Source: a bacterium
GTDB lineage: Bacteria; Hinthialibacterota; Hinthialibacteria; H5-UNCL2
Reading direction: 5' to 3'
DNA: 64,000 nt
Assembly (NCBI GenBank): GCA_015075175.1
Contig: JABTUV010000001.1
Coordinates: 1,103,677 to 1,167,676 of the forward strand
Every line of letters starts with the position of its first letter. Within the stretch, counting starts at the first letter, position 1. A model generated the notes under the pieces. The model saw only the letters and a list, made by a program, of their open reading frames with translations, was not told the origin of the DNA and searched no databases. Below, one piece after another: positions 59,542 through 64,000 of the stretch. The position numbers were made by a program, and so were the translations under genes.

Positions 59542-62071
59542 TCAGCGCCCGCCGACGGCGAGGTCCTCGATAGGTTTACCGTGGTCGTCCAGGAAGCGGC
59601 AGAAGACGCCCCATCCGCCGCCGGCGTCCGACACCTTGAGCATGAGGGAATTGGTGCCGGCTTGCAAGCGGACTTTGATCTTGTCGGCATCGGCGACGGC
59701 GCCGCGCAGGACCGCCGCGGAATGCACGACCTGGCCGTTCAGCCACACCTTAAGGCCGTCGTCGCTGCCTACGGCCAGCGTCACCTCGCGGCTGCGCGCG
59801 CATTGGACGCTGGTTTTCAGGTACGCGACGCGTGGCAGCTCGCCGCCGACTCTGGCAAGGCTCACAAATCCGGGGGTCTCGCTGGATGCGGGCAAGCGCA
59901 ATTCCCGCCACTCGACCGAACCGCCGGTCTCGGGCGCAAACGGCGTGTCGATCAGTCCCACCGCGTTCCTGCCCTCGGCGCGGAAGGGTCCGGCGACCTG
60001 CCAGGTGGTCAGAAAGCCGCCCGCCTGGCGCAATTTCGAGAGCAGTTCCGACGCCGCCGCGCGCTCCTTGGGGTCGCGCAGCTTGGGCCCGTACTTCTCA
60101 AGCACCGGCATGACCGTCTCACGATGGCTGCCGGCGATGGGCTCGACGATGTCCATGGCGGCGGCGATGGCCTCGCTCCCGAGGGACTCGCTCTCGGTAT
60201 ACTTGAGCACCACGGCGAGGGCGGCGGGGTCGGGGATCTTGGCCAGTTCGGCGAGCACCATGCGGCGCTCCTCGTCGCGGATCGCCATGTCCATCGCCTC
60301 CTGCAGCCGCCGCACGGTCCCCTGCGGATCGGTCTTGCCCTCCATGCCGGCTTGGCGGATGAAGCCGCGCAGGGCAAGCACTTTGCGGCTGGTTCCGGCA
60401 TCGCTCTTGGCGACCTGGTAGAGGTGTCGCGGGGCCGGCGTCGTTCCATTGGAGGGCGCGCAGGGCGGCCAGGGACGTCCTCGTTGGAGTCGGAAGCGCG
60501 GCGTGAGGGTGGACTGCGCCTGCTGGCCCTGCAAACGTCCCAGGATGCGGGCCAGCGAGGCGCGATAGGCGCCCTCGGCGTCGCCCAGGCAGCCAGGACC
60601 GGCTGGACGCGCTCGGAAGGCGTCCTCGCTGCGGCGGGCGACAGCCACGATGGACTCTGGGCGGCGTCGCGCTCTTGTCGGTCTTGACGGCGTGGGGCCG
60701 CAGCAGCGGGCAGGTCGATGCGGGGCGACGTCGCCCAGGGCCTTCAGGGCGGCGGTACGCGTCAGCTTCGGATCGCGTTCTGCCAGGGCAAGGAGGGTCA
60801 GGACCAGCCATGAGGGCGCCGCGCGCAGCAGAGAGGCGCAAGTTCCGCGCCTGGGCGACTGCGATGCAAGCAGGAGACGATGGCGGCGTTCACGCCCTCG
60901 CCGGCGACGCGATCAGGCTGGCGCAGACGGCAGCGCTCGTGGCCTTGTCCTCAGCGCCCAAGGCGGCGACGAGGAGGGCACGCTGCCGGCGTCGCCCAGC
61001 GCAGGGCAACGAGCGCGGCGCGCCCTCTTCAACGCCTTTCTCCACGACCGTGGTTACGGCGGGCAGCGCCTCCCGGTCGCTGCGCGCCGACAGGCCGGCG
61101 ATGACGTAAGCTTGCAGCGTGGGCGGCAGCTTGGGCAGCTCGCTCGCCATCACCGCCGTCGTCTTGCGGCCGGTCAATGCGGTCATGGCCTGCACGGCGA
61201 TGCGCTGCGCCTCGGCGTCGCCGTGAATCGACTGCACCCAGAGCTTCTCGGCGCGGCTGCCGCCGGCGGTCGTCAACATGCCCAACAGCGCCGCGCTGCG
61301 CACGGTAGTCGGTTCGGCCGGACGGTGGAGTCTTTCATAGAGGCGATAGGCGCCGCTGCGGTCGCCGGAGCGGGCCATGCCTTGGGCCAGGGCCATGACG
61401 GCGTCAGCCAGCTCGCGGTGGACGGGGTCGCTGGGGTCGTCCAGACTGTCGAGGAGAGCGGCGCGAGCGGAGCGGCCGCCGATGCGGGCGAGCGCGCGCG
61501 CCGCCGTGACACGCGCGGTCGTATCGGCGTCGCCTGCCAGAATCCGGCTCAAGGGGCCGACTGAGGCGGGGTCGCCGCGCAGGCCCAGCGTCTGGATCAC
61601 GCCCAATCTTGCCCGCCCCTCGCTCGTGCTTAAGAGCTCCCGCAGCGCCGCGTCGGCCTCGCGCGAGGGAATGTCCTCCAGGGCCAGCAGCGCCATGTCC
61701 CAGAGGTCCTTGTCCTTGACCGCTTTCGCCAGCGCGGGGACGGCCTCGCTGCCGGAAATCTTGGCCAGCTGCCGGATGATCTCGCGCTTGCCCTCCGCGC
61801 CGGCCCAGTAGGCGTCCAGATAACCCAGCAGCGTGTAGCTGAACTGGCGCAGCGCCTTTTCGTCACGGCGGTTCTGCAGCGTGACGATATGGTCGGAGAC
61901 GACGGAGATGGGCAAACGGCTGTGACCAGTTTGGTACATGGCCATCTTGCCCAGCGCCTCCTCGAGCGACATCTCGACGGTCATGCCGGCCGGAAGGGGT
62001 TGCGCCGATGCGGCCAGCGCGAGCGCGAGCATTCCGCACGCACAGACGAGAGGGATGGTGGGCTTTGTCAT
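59542..62071 (-). pseudogene. Secreted HEAT/PBS-lyase-repeat protein with a C-terminal beta-sandwich domain; frame disrupted at 60650-60890
   Basis: Signal peptide MTKPTIPLVCACGMLALALAASA, repeated ...AL.AL..IGG... HEAT-like units, and two ORFs in different frames joined across a ~240-bp garbled zone. Confidence 0.55.
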
Positions 62072-62139
62072 GGTCTCGCTCCGTTCGTTAGTTTTTCCGG
62101 TCCCGTACCACCTGCATGTTGGGACAGCAGCAGGCTGAA

Positions 62140-62245
62140 GCCTGTAGGCCGGCGCAGCACGCTGCGCAACTACAGCCGCACGATATCCCAGCACGCACCG
62201 ATGTCACCTGTACGTCGGCGCAGCACGCTGCGCAACTACAGCGTC
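62140..62245. repeat. Two direct copies of the family C hairpin (GGCGCAGCACGCTGCGCAACTACAGC) 68 bp apart
   Basis: Direct reading; GCGCAGC-ACG-CTGCGC inverted repeat. Confidence 0.65.
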
Positions 62246-63546
62246 CAGGGGGCGCGCATGGGCCGGCTGCGCAGGCCGTCCGCCTCCGCGTCGCCGATGA
62301 AGGCCTCCCGCTGCGGGTCCCAGCGCAACTTGCGCCCCAGCCGGCACGCAATCAGTCCGAGATGACATATGGTGACCGAACGATGCCCGATTTCCACCGG
62401 CGCGGCGGGTTGTTGACGACTGCGCACGCACTGGATGAAATCGGCATAGTGGTTCCGGCTCTCATAGAGATGGATTTCACCCGGCGCAATCGTGCTCCGG
62501 GCCAGGCTCCGAGGCGTAGTCTCCAGCCAATTGCCGCGCGCGACCTTCACCGCGCCTTCCGTGCCGAAGAACTCGATGCGCGGATTTCCGCCGGTGGTGC
62601 AGCGCAGCGTGACGCCGTCCGAGTACGTGTATCGCACGTCAAACGTGGGCGGTGCGTCCCACAGGCTGTCGGGCGGAAAGTACCCCGTGCCTTCGATTTC
62701 GACGGGGCCGGAAAGTTCGGTTCCGTGGCCCCACTGGGCGATATCGATATGATGCGCGCCCCAGTCTGAGAGCATGCCGGGCGTGTAGTCCATGATCCAG
62801 CGGAAGTTCCAATGGACGCGCTCCTCACAATAGGGATGGGCGGGCGCCGGTCCCTGCCACATTTCATAGTCCAGTTCGGGCGGGACCGGTTGCGGCTGGG
62901 GCGTCTTGTTGAGCGTGGGACCGGCGGGCAGGTACACGTCGATGCGGGTCAGTCGACCGATGCGCCCGTTGCGCACCAGCTCGCAGGCGTAGCGGAAGTT
63001 GGCCTCCGAGCGCTGCTGCGTGCCTACCTGCAGCACGCGCCGGTAGCGGTTGACGGCCTCGACCATGGCCCGTCCCTCCGCGATGGTGGCCGACAGCGGC
63101 TTCTGGCAGTAGATGTCCTTGCCGGCCCGGCACGCGGCGATCCCGATCAGCACGTGCCAGTGATCCACCGTCCCGATGTTGATGGCGTCGATGTCGCTGC
63201 GCGCCAGCACTTCCCGAAAATCGGAGTAACCGCGGCAATCTTGGTTGCCGTAATGCTCGTTGACGAGGTTCAGCCCCTTCTGGAGCATCTTCTTGTCCAC
63301 GTCGCAGACGGCGACGACCTCGACACCCGGCAGGTTGAGGAAGTTCTGGGTGTCGTAACGACCCTGGCCGCCGGAGCCGATATTGGCCATCACGATGCGC
63401 TCGGAGGCGGGCGGGATGCCGGCCGCGCCCAGAGCGTTCGTCGTGATGACATAGGGCGCCAGCATGGCCGCGCCCATGCTCCCGATGGCATCTCCCAGGA
63501 AACGCCGGCGCGACAGTCTCGCTTGCTTTTTCATCCTTCCCTCCAC
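62236..63546 (-). CDS. Gfo/Idh/MocA-family oxidoreductase, TAT-secreted
   Basis: TAT motif SRRRFLGDAIGSMGAAMLA; Rossmann motif MANIGSGGQG; 436 aa. Confidence 0.85.
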   Translation of the reverse strand: MEGRMKKQARLSRRRFLGDAIGSMGAAMLAPYVITTNALGAAGIPPASERIVMANIGSGGQGRYDTQNFLNLPGVEVVAVCDVDKKMLQKGLNLVNEHYGNQDCRGYSDFREVLARSDIDAINIGTVDHWHVLIGIAACRAGKDIYCQKPLSATIAEGRAMVEAVNRYRRVLQVGTQQRSEANFRYACELVRNGRIGRLTRIDVYLPAGPTLNKTPQPQPVPPELDYEMWQGPAPAHPYCEERVHWNFRWIMDYTPGMLSDWGAHHIDIAQWGHGTELSGPVEIEGTGYFPPDSLWDAPPTFDVRYTYSDGVTLRCTTGGNPRIEFFGTEGAVKVARGNWLETTPRSLARSTIAPGEIHLYESRNHYADFIQCVRSRQQPAAPVEIGHRSVTICHLGLIACRLGRKLRWDPQREAFIGDAEADGLRSRPMRAPWTL

Positions 63547-63588
63547 GTCAAGAGGTTCATGGGCTATACGGGGGAGTCCCCTCTCCGG

Positions 63589-64000
63589 TCACCGTACCGG
63601 GGCCATGCGCAACGCGCCCATGGGCGGACCGGGCACGATCCAGATGTTGCGGTAGCGGACCTTGTCGCCGTGGTCCTGGAGCATGAGAGGCCCCTTATCC
63701 GCCCAGTCGGCGGCCAGGCCGCCGCCAGGTGAGTTTGAGATCGATGATGACGTTGTTGTGAATGCGCACTCCGTTGTGGAGCACGGAGATACGCGCGGGT
63801 TCAGCATCCGCCCGTCTTTCACCTTGGGCGCGGTGTAAAGATGTCGTAATTCTGCCACTGTTCGGGCGGCAGGCTGGCGCTGGCCTCGGGGGTCGCCACC
63901 TTGTAGATGCCGCCGCACGGGTTGTCGGCGGGCGCGATGCCGTGGCTGTCCAGGACCTGAACTTGTGGCGGCCCAGGAGATAGACGCCGGAGTTGGCGCG
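63589..64000 (-). pseudogene. DUF1080 (LamG-like, 3-keto-disaccharide hydrolase) domain protein, 3' part, with frameshift(s); continues beyond the window
   Basis: C-terminal GPLMLQDHGDKVRYRNIWI motif; the upstream portion lies in another frame. Confidence 0.45.

Overview
High-GC (~65%) bacterial chromosomal window. The gene content (TAT-secreted Gfo/Idh/MocA oxidoreductases, sulfatase, glycoside hydrolases, DUF1080, discoidin protein, a T2SS/T4P-like cluster with the secretin last) suggests a PVC-superphylum organism, Verrucomicrobiota or Planctomycetota; this is inference only. 

From left to right: 
- 1-3.8 kb: an ABC sugar transporter (RbsC/RbsA/RbsB-like). 
- 4.6-7.4 kb: a phage-like segment with a secreted fibre-like protein and a lysis-cassette remnant (M15/DUF882 peptidase, spanin-like and holin-like ORFs). 
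- 7.6-22 kb: a sigma-54 promoter followed by a complete T2SS/type-IV-pilus-like cluster (Spy-like protein, GspE, F, G, H, I, J, K, L, M, a C/N-like gene and a secretin encoded as two ORFs). After it come a sensor kinase and a sigma-54 NtrC/PilR-type regulator (22.4-23.8 kb), both flanked by an unusual inverted-repeat element with hexanucleotide arrays. 
- 24-28 kb: DUF167, PtsI, HPr and HprK. 
- 28-44 kb: a polysaccharide-utilisation-like stretch with arylsulfatase, NfeD plus flotillin, YugP peptidase, MTA phosphorylase, a chimeric ABC permease, two secreted hydrolase-like proteins and a GH2. 
- 44.7-51.4 kb: a suf operon (sufB, a ~950 bp lower-GC insertion carrying a HEPN-like ORF, then sufC, D, S, U, T). 
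- 51-64 kb: ferritin, a 7-heme cytochrome c with a membrane domain, two Gfo/Idh/MocA oxidoreductases, ApbE, a GT39-like glycosyltransferase, a discoidin protein, a HEAT-repeat protein and a partial DUF1080 gene. 

No rRNA, tRNA or CRISPR array was seen. 

Two things dominate the hunt. First, many genes carry +/-1 frameshifts, mostly in short homopolymer runs (others could not be localised) and clustered next to repeats and insertions. This most likely reflects indel-prone sequencing or assembly, so pseudogene calls are tentative and CDS ends are approximate. Second, intergenic regions are unusually rich in several families of structured repeats (hexamer arrays flanking inverted-repeat cores, a GAGTAG...GTATCGAG hairpin family, REP-like GC palindromes, tandem hairpin iterons). 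I could not place these in any described class from memory.
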